Source of the DNA: Thraustochytrium aureum
Taxonomy: Eukaryota
Assembly (NCBI GenBank): GCA_012862495.1
Contig: BLSG01000316.1
Location: 91,933-155,932, forward strand
Length of the DNA: 64,000 bases
Direction of reading: 5' to 3'
Positions within the stretch are counted from its first letter, which is position 1; the number at the start of each line of letters is the position of its first letter. A program made the translations under genes and the position numbers. Below the pieces are notes generated by a model, which worked only from the letters and a program-made list of their open reading frames with translations, had not been told where the DNA came from and searched no databases. Shown one piece after another: positions 11,936 through 24,325 of the stretch.

Positions 11936-12832
11936 NNNNNNNNNNNNNNNNNNNNNNNNNNNNNNNNNNNNNNNNNNNNNNNNNNNNNNNNNNNNNNNNN
12001 NNNNNNNNNNNNNNNNNNNNNNNNNNNNNNNNNNNNNNNNNNNNNNNNNNNNNNNNNNNNNNNNNNNNNNNNNNNNNNNNNNNNNNNNNNNNNNNNNNNN
12101 NNNNNNNNNNNNNNNNNNNNNNNNNNNNNNNNNNNNNNNNNNNNNNNNNNNNNNNNNNNNNNNNNNNNNNNNNNNNNNNNNNNNNNNNNNNNNNNNNNNN
12201 NNNNNNNNNNNNNNNNNNNNNNNNNNNNNNNNNNNNNNNNNNNNNNNNNNNNNNNNNNNNNNNNNNNNNNNNNNNNNNNNNNNNNNNNNNNNNNNNNNNN
12301 NNNNNNNNNNNNNNNNNNNNNNNNNNNNNNNNNNNNNNNNNNNNNNNNNNNNNNNNNNNNNNNNNNNNNNNNNNNNNNNNNNNNNNNNNNNNNNNNNNNN
12401 NNNNNNNNNNNNNNNNNNNNNNNNNNNNNNNNNNNNNNNNNNNNNNNNNNNNNNNNNNNNNNNNNNNNNNNNNNNNNNNNNNNNNNNNNNNNNNNNNNNN
12501 NNNNNNNNNNNNNNNNNNNNNNNNNNNNNNNNNNNNNNNNNNNNNNNNNNNNNNNNNNNNNNNNNNNNNNNNNNNNNNNNNNNNNNNNNNNNNNNNNNNN
12601 NNNNNNNNNNNNNNNNNNNNNNNNNNNNNNNNNNNNNNNNNNNNNNNNNNNNNNNNNNNNNNNNNNNNNNNNNNNNNNNNNNNNNNNNNNNNNNNNNNNN
12701 NNNNNNNNNNNNNNNNNNNNNNNNNNNNNNNNNNNNNNNNNNNNNNNNNNNNNNNNNNNNNNNNNNNNNNNNNNNNNNNNNNNNNNNNNNNNNNNNNNNN
12801 NNNNNNNNNNNNNNNNNNNNNNNNNNNNNNNN

Positions 12833-13287
12833 CGCTCGGCCGCGTGGCCAGGGGAAACACGATGCAGGTGCGTTTGAGATGATGGATGGAGATGATTGCG
12901 GAGGCTCGTCGTCCGGGCTGGGGAAGCGGAAGCTTGCTGAGGCTCGTCTCGGGGCTGGGGAAGCGGAAGCTTCTGGATTGGAAAGGGTTGCGGCTGCCTG
13001 GGGTTGCGGCCTGCGGACGTGGCTGACGGGCGCGGAGGTTGTTTTTGTCGGTGACGTAGTTGACCGCCAGCTTTTCGATGACGGGGACCGACTTTGAGCG
13101 CAAGCGCAAGGCTGTGGAGGAGCAGTACTTTGCGGCCCTCAACGAGCAGCAGCGCAAGAGCTACGCGGACAAGCTGCACGAGAAGGAGCTCCGCACGCTC
13201 CTCAACGTGCTCCCGGCCGACCACAACCTGACGCCCGAGACGCTGCACAAGGTTCTCGAGTGGAAGCACCAGGACATTGTGCTCTGA
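12833..13287 (+). CDS. Small protein resembling mitochondrial F1Fo-ATPase inhibitor (IF1-like); probable intron 12868-13070, start in N-gap
   Basis: DFERKRKAVEEQYFAALNEQQRK resembles the IF1 F..RE.A.E..YF..E.EQ pattern. GTGCGT donor, GCTGAC branch point and CAG acceptor are present. Confidence 0.55.
12901..12974. repeat. Two-copy ~37-nt tandem duplication inside the predicted intron
   Basis: GAGGCTCGTC...GGGCTGGGGAAGCGGAAGCTT occurs at 12901 and 12939. Confidence 0.85.
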
Positions 13288-13371
13288 GCGAACTGGAGGG
13301 CTCTTTTTAATAAGAAAAAACATTGCAGGACCCAAAATAAGAAAGGTAGCGCACTTTTTGCAAGAATGCGG

Positions 13372-14626
13372 CTAAGGGCCACTCGGCGCACTTGCCGTGC
13401 CGTCGCGCACGCCAGCCAGGCCGTCCACGGTAATAAGATGGTCGCACGCCCCGGGGCTCTGCACCGCCATCGTGCCCGCGGCCACCGCGCTCGATACCGC
13501 GTCCCGCAGAGAGCCGCGCCGCACCACCCGCTCGTACAGGAACCCGGCGTTGAACGCGTCGCCTGCGCCGGTCGTGTCCACAACGGCGACTTGAACACCC
13601 GAACCTTGACGAGCTCTGCGCCGGCCTTGTTTTCAAGTGCCATGGCGCCTTGTGGCCCGCAGGTCATCACCACAACGCCGTTCTTGCGAACCCGCGCTGC
13701 CAGCCACTCCAGGGCGGCCTGGCCTTGGAGGCCCGAAATTCCCTCTGCCTCGGTGTCGTTTGGCAAAAACACGTCGACCTCGGCTAGGATTTCCAGCAAG
13801 AGGTTGGGCCCGCCGGCCTGCGCGCTGGCGCCCCAGCGACCGGTGGCGTCGTAGTTCGTGTCAAGGCTTACCTGCCGCTCCGACAGGGCTCAAGAGTTAG
13901 TCGCAGTCCCGGCCGCAGAGAAGCTGCAGCCGCCCCTGGACTCTGCACTTCCGGCCGCAGACAAACTACAGCCGCCCCTGAACTCTGCACTTACCGTGAG
14001 CGACGGGTTGGACGCCCGCAAGCCGCGGACCACCTCGGGTAGGTCTTCGTGCAAGGCGTCGAGAGCAAAGTACCCCCCGATGTGCAAGTGACTGGAGGAA
14101 GCAAGCGCACTGCGGTCGAGGTGGGGAGCGCCGAGCATGGTCATCGCCCCGTTGTTCGTCATGAAAGCGCGGTCCTGGCAAGCGGCGGCCGCATTTGGCA
14201 AGGTCAGCTGGATTGAAACGAGCGAGCCGCGCCCGCCTCAGGGTAGAGCACGATTCTTACCTTGCTTCCACTGATAACGACACAGACCCCGGTGGGCGCG
14301 TTAAACCTGTAAGCACTAAGCTCCGTTCCTGCCTGGGTGTGGTGGCTCTCGAGCACATTGGCCCAGTGGTCCATCCCTAGCGCCGTGTGGAACTGCACGG
14401 TCCAGTTTGAGGCGACGGAAGCGGCGCTGCTGCGCACCAGGGAAGCCAAGTGGCTCGCCGTGTTTCCCGCCGACCCGCCCGCCTTGAGACCGACGCCGCC
14501 GCGCATGAGCACATCCCCGCCCCAAAACGGCAGCTTGTCGCCTTCGAGCGGGCAGAACACGTCCACGAAGGCGTCCCCGAGCACTGCAAGCGAGTTGGCC
14601 CTAGCCGCTGCCACAGTGTCCGCCAT
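13372..14626 (-). CDS. PfkB/ribokinase-family carbohydrate kinase; introns 14175-14260 and 13872-13994, frame break ~13595
   Basis: VLGDAFVD, AGGSAGNTA, VSLDTNYD, VDVFLPNDTEA, VMTCGPQGA and the PfkB signature VDTTGAGDAFNAGF. Both introns are GTAAG...CAG with CTGAC/CTAAC branch points. Confidence 0.9.
13909..13992. repeat. Two-copy 42-nt tandem duplication in PfkB intron 2
   Basis: CCGGCCGCAGA.AA.CT.CAGCCGCCCCTG.ACTCTGCACTT occurs at 13909 and 13951. Confidence 0.9.
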
Positions 14627-15251
14627 GTCGCTCTGCGGCCCGTGCCGCTCCGCTGCCCCCTGATCCCCGCCTGCCAGCGCCCCGAGCCGCCGGACGAGCT
14701 TGCCAGCGACAATCTCCTTGCACCGTCGCGCCTCGCGCGTCGCAGACCAGCGCGCCCCTTCGAGCGTGGATCGCCCGGGGCGAGCGAACCTCGACTCGTC
14801 CCAGCCTCTGCGCGCTCGGACCGCCGTCAAGAGCAGGCCGCGCGCCTGCAGAACAGCCAGCTCTCTCTCGCTCGCCCGGCAGCCTCGGCGAGACTCGGAT
14901 GATCGCTTGCCGAGAGCACTGTCATGCGAACGACACGACGAAATGAGGACTGCTTTGCACGAANNNNNNNNNNNNNNNNNNNNNNNNNNNNNNNNNNNNN
15001 NNNNNNNNNNNNNNNNNNNNNNNNNNNNNNNNNNNNNNNNNNNNNNNNNNNNNNNNNNNNNNNNNNNNNNNNNNNNNNNNNNNNNNNNNNNNNNNNNNNN
15101 NNNNNNNNNNNNNNNNNNNNNNNNNNNNNNNNNNNNNNNNNNNNNNNNNNNNNNNNNNNNNNNNNNNNNNNNNNNNNNNNNNNNNNNNNNNNNNNNNNNN
15201 NNNNNNNNNNNNNNNNNNNNNNNNNNNNNNNNNNNNNNNNNNNNNNNNNNN

Positions 15252-17857
15252 GCGCTTGTTAGATTGATCGTAGAGCGGCTTGAGCGAGAGCGTCGCCGGG
15301 ACGAGCCGGTCGGCAACCTCGACTTGCCAGTCGCCCTCGGCAAGAAACGCAGGCGTAATGGGGCGGCCGTCAGGCGAATGGATCATGGCGAGGCCGACCG
15401 CGCCGCCGAGCGTGTGGCCGTACGAAGCGGAGCGCACTGAGCCGAGGGCCTTGCCGTCGCGCCAAACGGGCTCTGCATGGAAGAGCAGCGGCTCGGGGTC
15501 GCGCAAAAGCACCTGGACGAGGCGGCTCGTGCGGCTGTTGGCGGCCTTGTGCTGGAGAACGGCCTCGCTGCCGCGAAAGCCGCCGGGCTTGTCAAAGTCG
15601 CAGGTGAAGGCCAGCCCGACGTCGACAAGCGAGTCGGTGTTGTCGACGTCGTGGCCGTAGTCTCGGTAGCCCTTTTCCGAGCGCAGCGAGCCGAGCGCCT
15701 TGAGGCCGGCGTGGCGCAGGCCGAGTGGCTCGCCAGCCGCGACGATGCGATCGTACACATGGACAGCCTGCTCGACTGGCGCGAAAATCTCGTAGCCAAG
15801 CTCGCCAACATAGGTGATGCGGGCGACCGTTGCGCGAGCCATGCCGATATCCAGCTGACGTAGTCCGCGAAACGGCAAACCAGAGTCCGAGACGTCAGAG
15901 CCTGGCGCCGCGGCTGCGGCGAGGACCTGGCGCGCCAGGGGGCCTTGCACGTTGATCTGCGCCAAGGCCCCAGAAACGTTGGTAACGAATGCGTGGCGCC
16001 CGCGCGCGGCGCGGCGCAAGTAGGCCTCGACCTGGCCGGCCATCGTGTCGGTTGCGATGACGGTGAAGCAGGGCTCGCCAAAGGCGCCGACCTGCTTCGC
16101 CACGGTGACGTCTGCGAGCACGCGGCCCCGGTCGTCGAGCCATTGCGTGTAGGTGATGCGGCCAGGCTCGCCGTCCACGTCGGCGGTGGACATGAAGCTG
16201 AGCATCGGCCCCGCCTCGTCACCCTGCACGTGAAACTTGGCCATGAACGACATGTCGAAAAGGGCGGCGCCCTCGCGGCACGCCTGGTGCTCTGCGCGCC
16301 AGCAGTCAAACCAAGCCTCGCGACCCCAGGAGAGCGGGCCCGGGTCCGGCTTGGCAGGGCCAGTGCTGGTCAAGCCGGCAGCTGTGGCCGGGCCTGCGTA
16401 CCAGTCGGCGGCCTCCCAGCCTGAGACAGGGCGAAAGTGAGCCCTGCGGTCGACGAGTCGAGAGTGCAGCGGGCTCTGCTTGACGTTCCGCCCTGTGACC
16501 GGCTGCTTGTTGGGAAAGTGGCACGTGTAAACGTTGCCCAGGGACTCGGCGACACGCGCAGCGCGAAACTCGTGCGTGGCCTGGTACGGCTCAAAGCGCA
16601 GCAAATCGAGGCCCGTGACATCGAGGCGCGGCTGGCCGTCCACCACCCAGTCCGCAATGAGCCGGCCGATGCCGCCGCCCGAGAGGATCCCGATCGAGTT
16701 GAGCCCCGCAGCAACAAAGTAGTTTTCGAGTTCGCGGCTGCGGCCCAGCGCTGGCGACAGGTCTGGGGTGAAGCTCTCCGGGCCGCAGAAGAGCTTGTTC
16801 ACGCCAACTTCCATGGCCGATGGGACCCGGCTCAGCGCCTTTTCTAAAAAGGGGGCCATGCGGTCCATGTCTGGGTGGATTTCGCCGAAGGAGAACGAGT
16901 CGGGGACGCCCTCGAGCGCCCAAGCGGCAGCCTCGGGCTCAAAAAGGCCCACCAGGAGCCCGCCGTTGGTCTCGGGGCGTATTAGGTGTACGAGGAGGGG
17001 TCCTCGATGACGGGCCAGTTTGCGCCGACCTCGTCCATCGGCTCGGTGATCAAGTAGTAGTGCTCTGCGGCTTGGTTGGGGATCGCGCCGACGCCCGCTG
17101 CCGCTCCGACCTGGCGCGCCCACATCCCAGCGCAGTTGACCACAAAATCGGTCTGGATGTTGCCGCGACTTGTCTGGACTGCGGTCACGCGGCCGCGCTC
17201 CGTCACCACTCCGGTGCAGAGCGTCTTCTCGACGATGCGCACTCCGCGTTGTTTGGCGCCCTTTGCGAGCGCAGTGGCCGCGTCCACCGGGTTGACGCGG
17301 CCGTCGTCGGCGACGTAAAACCCGGCCAGGAGGTCGTCGGTGCGGCAGAGCGGGAACAGGTCGCGGACCTCGCTCGGGGAGATCTCGTGCACGTCGACGC
17401 CGTGGAGGCGGTTGAAGGCCGAAACGCGCCGAAACTCCTCTAGGTAGTCTCGGTCGGTGGCCAGCTCGATGAACCCGACTGGCTTGAACCCGGTGGCTTG
17501 CCCGGTCTCCTCCTCGAGAGTCTTGTAAAGGTGCTTTGTGTATGTCCGCATCATCGTCGAGGTTTCGCTCAGTGATCCAAACGTGACCATGAGACCTGCT
17601 GCGTGCCAAGTAGTACCGCTCGTCAGCTGGTCGCGCTCCACGAGAACCACGTCAGTCCACCCGCGCTTGGCGAGGTGGTAGGCGACAGAGTTGCCGATGA
17701 TTCCGCCGCCTACCACAACCACCCGCGCGTGGCTCGGTACGCCAGCGGCGCCGCCGTCGGAGCTCAGCTGCCGCAGCAGCAGTCGCTGCGACCCGACCTG
17801 CGCGGCTGCGGCTCTCTTGCTGAGCCCGCCTCGCGCGCCACGCAGGTGCGCGAGCAT
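15252..17857 (-). CDS. Mitochondrial sarcosine/dimethylglycine dehydrogenase-like flavoprotein (DAO + GcvT domains); frame break ~16984, stop in N-gap
   Basis: Arg-rich presequence; VVVGGGIIG FAD motif; LTSGTTWHAAG (flavinylated His motif); GPESFTPD; FDMSFMAKF; RITYVGELGYE; SLRSEKGYRDYGHD. Confidence 0.92.
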
Positions 17858-18813
17858 CGTCGCGCTTGTTTCACCTTTCCAACTGCTGCGCGAGACCCGC
17901 CGCGGGCCAACGCGCCGACGAGCNNNNNNNNNNNNNNNNNNNNNNNNNNNNNNNNNNNNNNNNNNNNNNNNNNNNNNNNNNNNNNNNNNNNNNNNNNNNN
18001 NNNNNNNNNNNNNNNNNNNNNNNNNNNNNNNNNNNNNNNNNNNNNNNNNNNNNNNNNNNNNNNNNNNNNNNNNNNNNNNNNNNNNNNNNNNNNNNNNNNN
18101 NNNNNNNNNNNNNNNNNNNNNNNNNNNNNNNNNNNNNNNNNNNNNNNNNNNNNNNNNNNNNNNNNNNNNNNNNNNNNNNNNNNNNNNNNNNNNNNNNNNN
18201 NNNNNNNNNNNNNNNNNNNNNNNNNNNNNNNNNNNNNNNNNNNNNNNNNNNNNNNNNNNNNNNNNNNNNNNNNNNNNNNNNNNNNNNNNNNNNNNNNNNN
18301 NNNNNNNNNNNNNNNNNNNNNNNNNNNNNNNNNNNNNNNNNNNNNNNNNNNNNNNNNNNNNNNNNNNNNNNNNNNNNNNNNNNNNNNNNNNNNNNNNNNN
18401 NNNNNNNNNNNNNNNNNNNNNNNNNNNNNNNNNNNNNNNNNNNNNNNNNNNNNNNNNNNNNNNNNNNNNNNNNNNNNNNNNNNNNNNNNNNNNNNNNNNN
18501 NNNNNNNNNNNNNNNNNNNNNNNNNNNNNNNNNNNNNNNNNNNNNNNNNNNNNNNNNNNNNNNNNNNNNNNNNNNNNNNNNNNNNNNNNNNNNNNNNNNN
18601 NNNNNNNNNNNNNNNNNNNNNNNNNNNNNNNNNNNNNNNNNNNNNNNNNNNNNNNNNNNNNNNNNNNNNNNNNNNNNNNNNNNNNNNNNNNNNNNNNNNN
18701 NNNNNNNNNNNNNNNNNNNNNNNNNNNNNNNNNNNNNNNNNNNNNNNNNNNNNNNNNNNNNNNNNNNNNNNNNNNNNNNNNNNNNNNNNNNNNNNNNNNN
18801 NNNNNNNNNNNNN

Positions 18814-18910
18814 GCCGCAGGGGAAAGACTCGCCGAAGATCGATCGCCTCTGTGGCGATTGGTTGGTGATGAGCGCTTCTCCTCACGGTCTGCACGCGCT
18901 GAAATCTTGA
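18814..18910 (+). CDS. Possible C-terminal end of a gene lying mostly in the N-gap
   Basis: The frame PQGKDSPKIDRLCGDWLVMSASPHGLHALKS* is followed by an A-rich then CT-rich, 3'-UTR-like tract. Confidence 0.3.
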
Positions 18911-19290
18911 AGAACAAAGGAAAGAAGAAAGAAAGAAAGAAAAAGGCTCATTCTTCCTCTTTCCGCTCTCTCATGCTCCTCTCAAGTTCGTTCGTTCGTT
19001 CGTTCGTTCTCTCCTTCTCTCCTTCCTCCTTCCCTCCCTCTTTGCTTGTTTGTGTGTTTCGTTCGTTCGCCCGCTCTCCCTCCTTCCCCTTTCCCTCCGT
19101 ATGGTATACTGAGAGCAGCGTGGAGAACATACAACAGTGAGGACCACGAAGTGTGATTTCGCCTGGGAAACCTCCCGCCGCTCCGCTCCCCTCTCCCTCT
19201 CTCTGTCTCTCACTGTCTCTCACTGTCTCTCTGTCTCTGCCTCTCTGTCTTTTTGTCTCTGTCTCTCTGTGTCTCTGCCTTCTCCTCTCT
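18911..19290. repeat. Low-complexity intergenic tract: (AAAG)n, (TTCG)n, (CT/CTGT)n
   Basis: Direct reading. Confidence 0.85.
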
Positions 19291-19667
19291 AGCGAGCGTG
19301 AGTCGCCTGTGGCGGCGCGTGAAGCACCCCCTCACGGTGTGAGGGCGAGAACGCCGGTGAGGGCCGCTGCGCAGAGAACCGCGTTTCGCGCAGGTTTGTT
19401 GTGAGCGTGCTTGGCGCGGCTCGCCGGCTGACGGGCCACAAGGTGCCGGAGCCCATTGTAGAGTTTCGCTTTTATGCATGGTTTTCCACCAAACGTCAGC
19501 GTTCAAGTTGGTTTGGTTTGGTTGGAAGCATTCGAATTCGGCTGGTTTGTTTGGTGCTTTTTTTTCCACTTTTTTATCTTTGGGTTTTTTTGTTTTTTTT
19601 TGTCTTGTTTTGGTTGAGCAGACAGACACCCAACGCAGCAGCAAGCGGCAGACGAGCAGGCAGACGA

Positions 19668-19668
19668 G

Positions 19669-19712
<44 letters not shown>
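19668..19712 (+). repeat. (GCAG)n microsatellite ~160 nt upstream of ATG 19875
   Basis: Direct reading. Confidence 0.95.
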
Positions 19713-19713
<1 letters not shown>

Positions 19714-19874
19714 GCTGATCGGGCTCCCGCCGCGCCCGTGCATCTGCCGTCCGTGAGCGAGAGCTTGGCGGCCGGGTCGCGGCCTTGCGGCGCGCGTCTG
19801 GTTTGCTGGCGGTTTGGAGCTGGGATCCTTCGGCGTCGGGTGGGTCGCTCGCGGCGGGTGGCCCAGGACGCAGG

Positions 19875-21846
19875 ATGAGACGGCAACTGGAGGGAAGCGC
19901 GGTGCTGGAAGGGAAGAGCCCCACGTCGTGCGGGTCGTATGGGGACGAGGAGCCGTTTAGCGTCGTGGTCGGCGCACCGCCCAGGAAGAGGCAACGGGAT
20001 GACTGGAGCTGGGAAGGCGCCACGCCGAGCGCAAGCCCGACGGGGAGCGCGAGCGGGAACGCCGAGAGCGCGCTCGCGGAAATGATGAGACTATGCAGAG
20101 CCGCGTTTCCTGACGTGGGCGACCCGCTGCGCGCATGGGCTCGCGCGAGTGAGCCCGCCAACCTGTCCGACAAGCTATACGAGGCCGTTGTCGCATTCGA
20201 CGCAGAAGCGTGGGTTCGCGAGGAGCTCGCCACACTGAGCCACCTCGGGCCGCAGGAGGCCGCTGCCGCCGTGTTTCACAGCGAAGATGCCGCCACGAGG
20301 GCGGCCGCGCAGTGGGCCAACACCGCGCCAGCCATGGTCGCCGCCGGCGAGGCCGCGATCGCAGCAGTGACCGCGCTGCTTCGCGCGAACGGCCTCGTCA
20401 TGCCCAACCTGGCGCAGCCGGTGCAGACCGGCCCGCACAGCCCGATCGAAGGCGAGTACTGGTCGTCCCGCTCGGCCACCCACCTCCCGGGGCGCATTGT
20501 CGGCGAGCTGCAGGATGTCGCGCGCAGCTGCTTCACACGGTGCGCCGCGCCCGCCCAAATCACCAGCGAGCTGAGCGCCCCCTGCCGCGACTGGTTCGCT
20601 CGCCGCCGGTACGTGGTCGGCCTCTTCCGCAAGCAGTGCCCGCCAAACGACCCGTCCTGGGTGCATGGGGCTGGCAGATGAGCCAATCCGCGAGTTCATG
20701 GCCGCCCCCTTCGGCGTCGAACAGCGCGCTGGCGCCGGCGCGCTCGAGGCCCTCATCCCGCTCGCCGCGCGGCGGCGGGCCGTCATCACGCAAGCGTGCC
20801 GGGCCGCCTCCTCGGGCGCGCCCCAGGGCAGCGCCGAGCGCCTCGCAGCGTGGATGTCCCAGCTCCCCGTCGCGCGCCAGTACATCGAGTTTGATTTCGC
20901 TTGCGACTTTATGATGGAGGATGGGGAGAAAGAGATCCAGAGCTGGGTCCGCGGCGTGGTTGAGCGCCGCGCCTGCGCACTCGTGGCGTTCCGCGAGCAC
21001 GCGCTTGCCGGGCCCGACCTGGCCTGGGCCTGGGCGCACGCGACAACGCGCAAGTACGTCGAGGACAGCGTCATCCCGGAACAGGTTGCGTGGAACAACT
21101 CTATCCAACACGTCATCAACGGGTGGGCCGCCATTGCTGCCCACGAACGGCGAATGGAGCACTTTCGCGCACGCTACCTGCCCTACGTCGAGGGTGGTGC
21201 GTCCAACCAGGAGCTCGTGTGCCACGCCCGAGAGCTCGGCGTGGCTGGGCGCCGTTCGTTTAACTTGTCCGAGTTTCTGTCGCGCGCTATTGCTGCTGTG
21301 CCAAAGCACGTCTCGCCACCTGAAGCTGCTTCGCTCGTGTTTTCGAAGGACTGCATGGACGGCGCCGTCGTTCGCGAGTGGCGGCAGGACTGCGAGTCGC
21401 GCTGCAGCGTTGTGCGCTCCTTGGCGGCAAACCTCGCCACGTACATGGCGTCCCTCGGGCTCGACCCGCCCGTCTTGGACATCCAGTCGTCGGTGTCGCC
21501 GGCGGCGATCTCGCTGACTCCCACCTGCGCCGGGATGTGGTCTATCAAGCTGCAGCGCACGCTCGTAAGCTTCCTAGACGGCCAGGGGTGCATGGGCGTG
21601 CTTCCGCGCATTCTCGCAGAGCTCAGGGGCTACCGTTTGCGGCTTGACGCTCTGGCGAGACGCTTTCGCACAGAGACGGGCTACGAGCTTGTCGCCACTT
21701 GCGATGACAGGATACTGCGCGCCTTCCTCTACGAGAGCGGAGACATTGGCGGCGAGCAAAGCGCGGATCCTTTCTCGGTGCTCCCATCCAAGGCGTGCCG
21801 GCTCGTGACGTCGTTTCTGGACGACGGGAGCGTCGCTGCCTTCGTC
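19875..21846 (+). CDS. Hypothetical protein with two copies of an unrecognised ~150-aa domain followed by an F-box-like motif; frame break ~20668, continues into N-gap
   Basis: Internal similarity: AFDAEAWVREELATLSHLGPQEAAAAVFHSED vs SFNLSEFLSRAIAAVPKHVSPPEAASLVFSKD. F-box-like DPFSVLPSKACRLVTSFLDDGSV lies just before the gap. Confidence 0.6.
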
Positions 21847-22635
21847 ANNNNNNNNNNNNNNNNNNNNNNNNNNNNNNNNNNNNNNNNNNNNNNNNNNNNN
21901 NNNNNNNNNNNNNNNNNNNNNNNNNNNNNNNNNNNNNNNNNNNNNNNNNNNNNNNNNNNNNNNNNNNNNNNNNNNNNNNNNNNNNNNNNNNNNNNNNNNN
22001 NNNNNNNNNNNNNNNNNNNNNNNNNNNNNNNNNNNNNNNNNNNNNNNNNNNNNNNNNNNNNNNNNNNNNNNNNNNNNNNNNNNNNNNNNNNNNNNNNNNN
22101 NNNNNNNNNNNNNNNNNNNNNNNNNNNNNNNNNNNNNNNNNNNNNNNNNNNNNNNNNNNNNNNNNNNNNNNNNNNNNNNNNNNNNNNNNNNNNNNNNNNN
22201 NNNNNNNNNGGAACTCGACCTCGGTGGCCGTCTAGCTGGGTTTGCATCATCAAGCACTTGGCCGCGGACGGTTTGGGCAGCCCGGTCCGCTGCGTCGCGG
22301 CGACCGGCGGTGCTGTTTGCTGCCTTCCGCGCCACCCCCAACACTGACTGACTGTTCTTACAAAACTACAAAATAATTTGACCATGATTGATCAGCCTGC
22401 CAGCCCCCGCACCTCGACCGCTGCTGCCGCGTCGTGCTCAACACCCCCTTATTCTTCTTTGAACAGCGAAACCAAAACTGTTTTGATTCTTCGAAAATAA
22501 ATTCGTTTTGGCGACTGCCAGCACCGCGCCTGCCTGCTCGGCCGATCGAGGCCGCGCTGCAACAGCTCTTGGGCCTGCTTGCTCGAAGAAGAACAAAACG
22601 CAAAAGAAAAGATAAAAACCAACTTGCTCCGCTAC

Positions 22636-23802
22636 CTACAGCTTGGCTGCGGCGCGCTGCGCATCAAACTGCGCAAAGGCGTACAGCGCCAGGTGCCCCA
22701 GCACAGGCGTACCTTTTCCCACCATCGCGGCGAAGGGCGACGAGGCCTGGCCCTTGACCACCCGCGCAGCGATGCCTTGCAGAATCACCGCCGTCTTCCA
22801 CCAGTAAAACGCGACATAGTACCAGGCCCAGCCAAACTCGTTGCTGTAGTCCAGCGCAGGACGCCGTGATGCGCAATAGTGCTTGACGAGCTCGCGGCGC
22901 GATGGGATGCCGAGCTCGCGCGCGTCGGCCTCGGTGATGCTGTTCATGATCGCTGCGAGCCCCTTCGCGGCCTCGTCGTTCGAGCCCAGCTGCTCAGGCG
23001 ACGGCGCAAAGACCGGCCCGAGGCAGTTGCCGATGTCGGCCCCGCCGTGGCCGATCGTGCTCATCTCCCAGTCGATCACGGCGATGACGCGTGGCTCGGT
23101 CGGGTGAAAGATGCAATTGTCCATCTTGAAGTCGCCGTGTGTGATCGAGACCACGTCCGGCGGCTGGTCCCGGACCAAGCGGGCCCCTGTCTCGGCGAAC
23201 TGCGGGATCTTTGGCACTTTGGCAGGGTCGACGGCTTCCTGGGCCGCGGAAACTTTCGAGAGCGTGCGGACCTGCCGCTCAAAGTAACCGCCGGCGCGCC
23301 CGAACGACTCGAGGCCGACCGCCTTGTAGTCCACATTGTGAATCTTGGCCAGGGTCTCCATCAGCGAGAGCCAGCACTTGCCACGCTCCTCCTTGGGCAG
23401 CCCTTCGAGCCGCGTGTCTTTGAAGATCCGCCCCTGGCAAAACTCCATGATGTAGAACGGCTTGCCGATCACACCTTCGTCCATGCACAGGTGGTACATC
23501 TCGGGCACGGGCACGTCGGTCTTGCCGAGCGCCGCCATCATCTCATACTCGCGGTCAACGCGGTGCGCGGTCTTGCTGATGATCGTCCCCGGCGGCTGCT
23601 TGCGCAAAACGAACGCGCGGCCCGCACCGCCCTCGCAGCGCAGCAGGTAGGTAGGGTTGCTCTGCCCGTGCCCAAACTGCTTGACATCCAGCGGGCCCTT
23701 GAACCACCCCAAGCCCTGCTTGCTCAAGTACGCCTCCAGCTTCTCCACGTCCAGCTTGTGCTGTTCGCGCACGGCCGTCACGTCGTCCTCCGTCGCCGAC
23801 AT
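22636..23802 (-). CDS. Stand-alone ACAD10/11-type APH-family phosphotransferase with peroxisomal PTS1 (-AKL)
   Basis: [53 protein letters not shown]; the C-terminal tripeptide is AKL. Confidence 0.9.
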   Translation of the reverse strand: MSATEDDVTAVREQHKLDVEKLEAYLSKQGLGWFKGPLDVKQFGHGQSNPTYLLRCEGGAGRAFVLRKQPPGTIISKTAHRVDREYEMMAALGKTDVPVPEMYHLCMDEGVIGKPFYIMEFCQGRIFKDTRLEGLPKEERGKCWLSLMETLAKIHNVDYKAVGLESFGRAGGYFERQVRTLSKVSAAQEAVDPAKVPKIPQFAETGARLVRDQPPDVVSITHGDFKMDNCIFHPTEPRVIAVIDWEMSTIGHGGADIGNCLGPVFAPSPEQLGSNDEAAKGLAAIMNSITEADARELGIPSRRELVKHYCASRRPALDYSNEFGWAWYYVAFYWWKTAVILQGIAARVVKGQASSPFAAMVGKGTPVLGHLALYAFAQFDAQRAAAKL

Positions 23803-23885
23803 TCTTCTTCCTGTCTCGCCACCAGCGCGCGGGCGCCACTCCCGGACCCAAAAGGGCCCTCGCTCGAGCAGCCAGAGACCGGATC

Positions 23886-23894
23886 GCCTGCTTG

Positions 23895-23934
<40 letters not shown>

Positions 23935-23935
23935 C
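23886..23935 (-). repeat. (GCCT)n on plus = (AGGC)n on sense strand, ~85 nt upstream of ATG 23802
   Basis: Direct reading. Confidence 0.95.
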
Positions 23936-24325
23936 TGGTCGTGGGTGGCTGAGGATGGTGCTTGGACTCCGTTTCGGGTCTGCTCGGATGCGCCCCTGCC
24001 GCTCTGCTCGCGCGACAATCTCGAGGATGAAGGCTGCTCGATCGATCGATCGGAAAGACAATGGCCCCGCGCACACCGCGTTCACTTCACTCATCAGCCC
24101 CAAGAGCGCGTGGATGAATCCTGATTCACACAGATGGTGACATACTTCGGTACGACCGACCGACGGGGACTCGTGCAGCGCTGCCCGAGCCAACTTGGTG
24201 ACGATGCCGTGCGAGTCGCCGGCGCTGCCAGCATCTATCCATCCATCCGTCCATCCGACCGTCTGTAGGAGCGAGGAGGCGGGCAAGCGGCGTATGGTCG
24301 AGGCAACAAGCACGTCGTGCGCGCC

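Noticed and set aside
16975..16995. Euplotes-like programmed frameshifting as a genome-wide system
   Set aside because: Only this site has a stop at the shift. One missing base restores the expected Y-T-Y-I-R-P-E, and the other breaks share no motif or direction.
18865..18903. Box C/D snoRNA (TGATGA...CTGA)
   Set aside because: The boxes are only ~35 nt apart, with no terminal stem or recognisable guide; the region more likely ends a coding frame.
19328..19345. Hairpin CCCTCAC-GGT-GTGAGGG as part of a structured ncRNA
   Set aside because: It is a single short stem, and no RNase P/MRP, SRP or snRNA conserved motifs were recognised around it.
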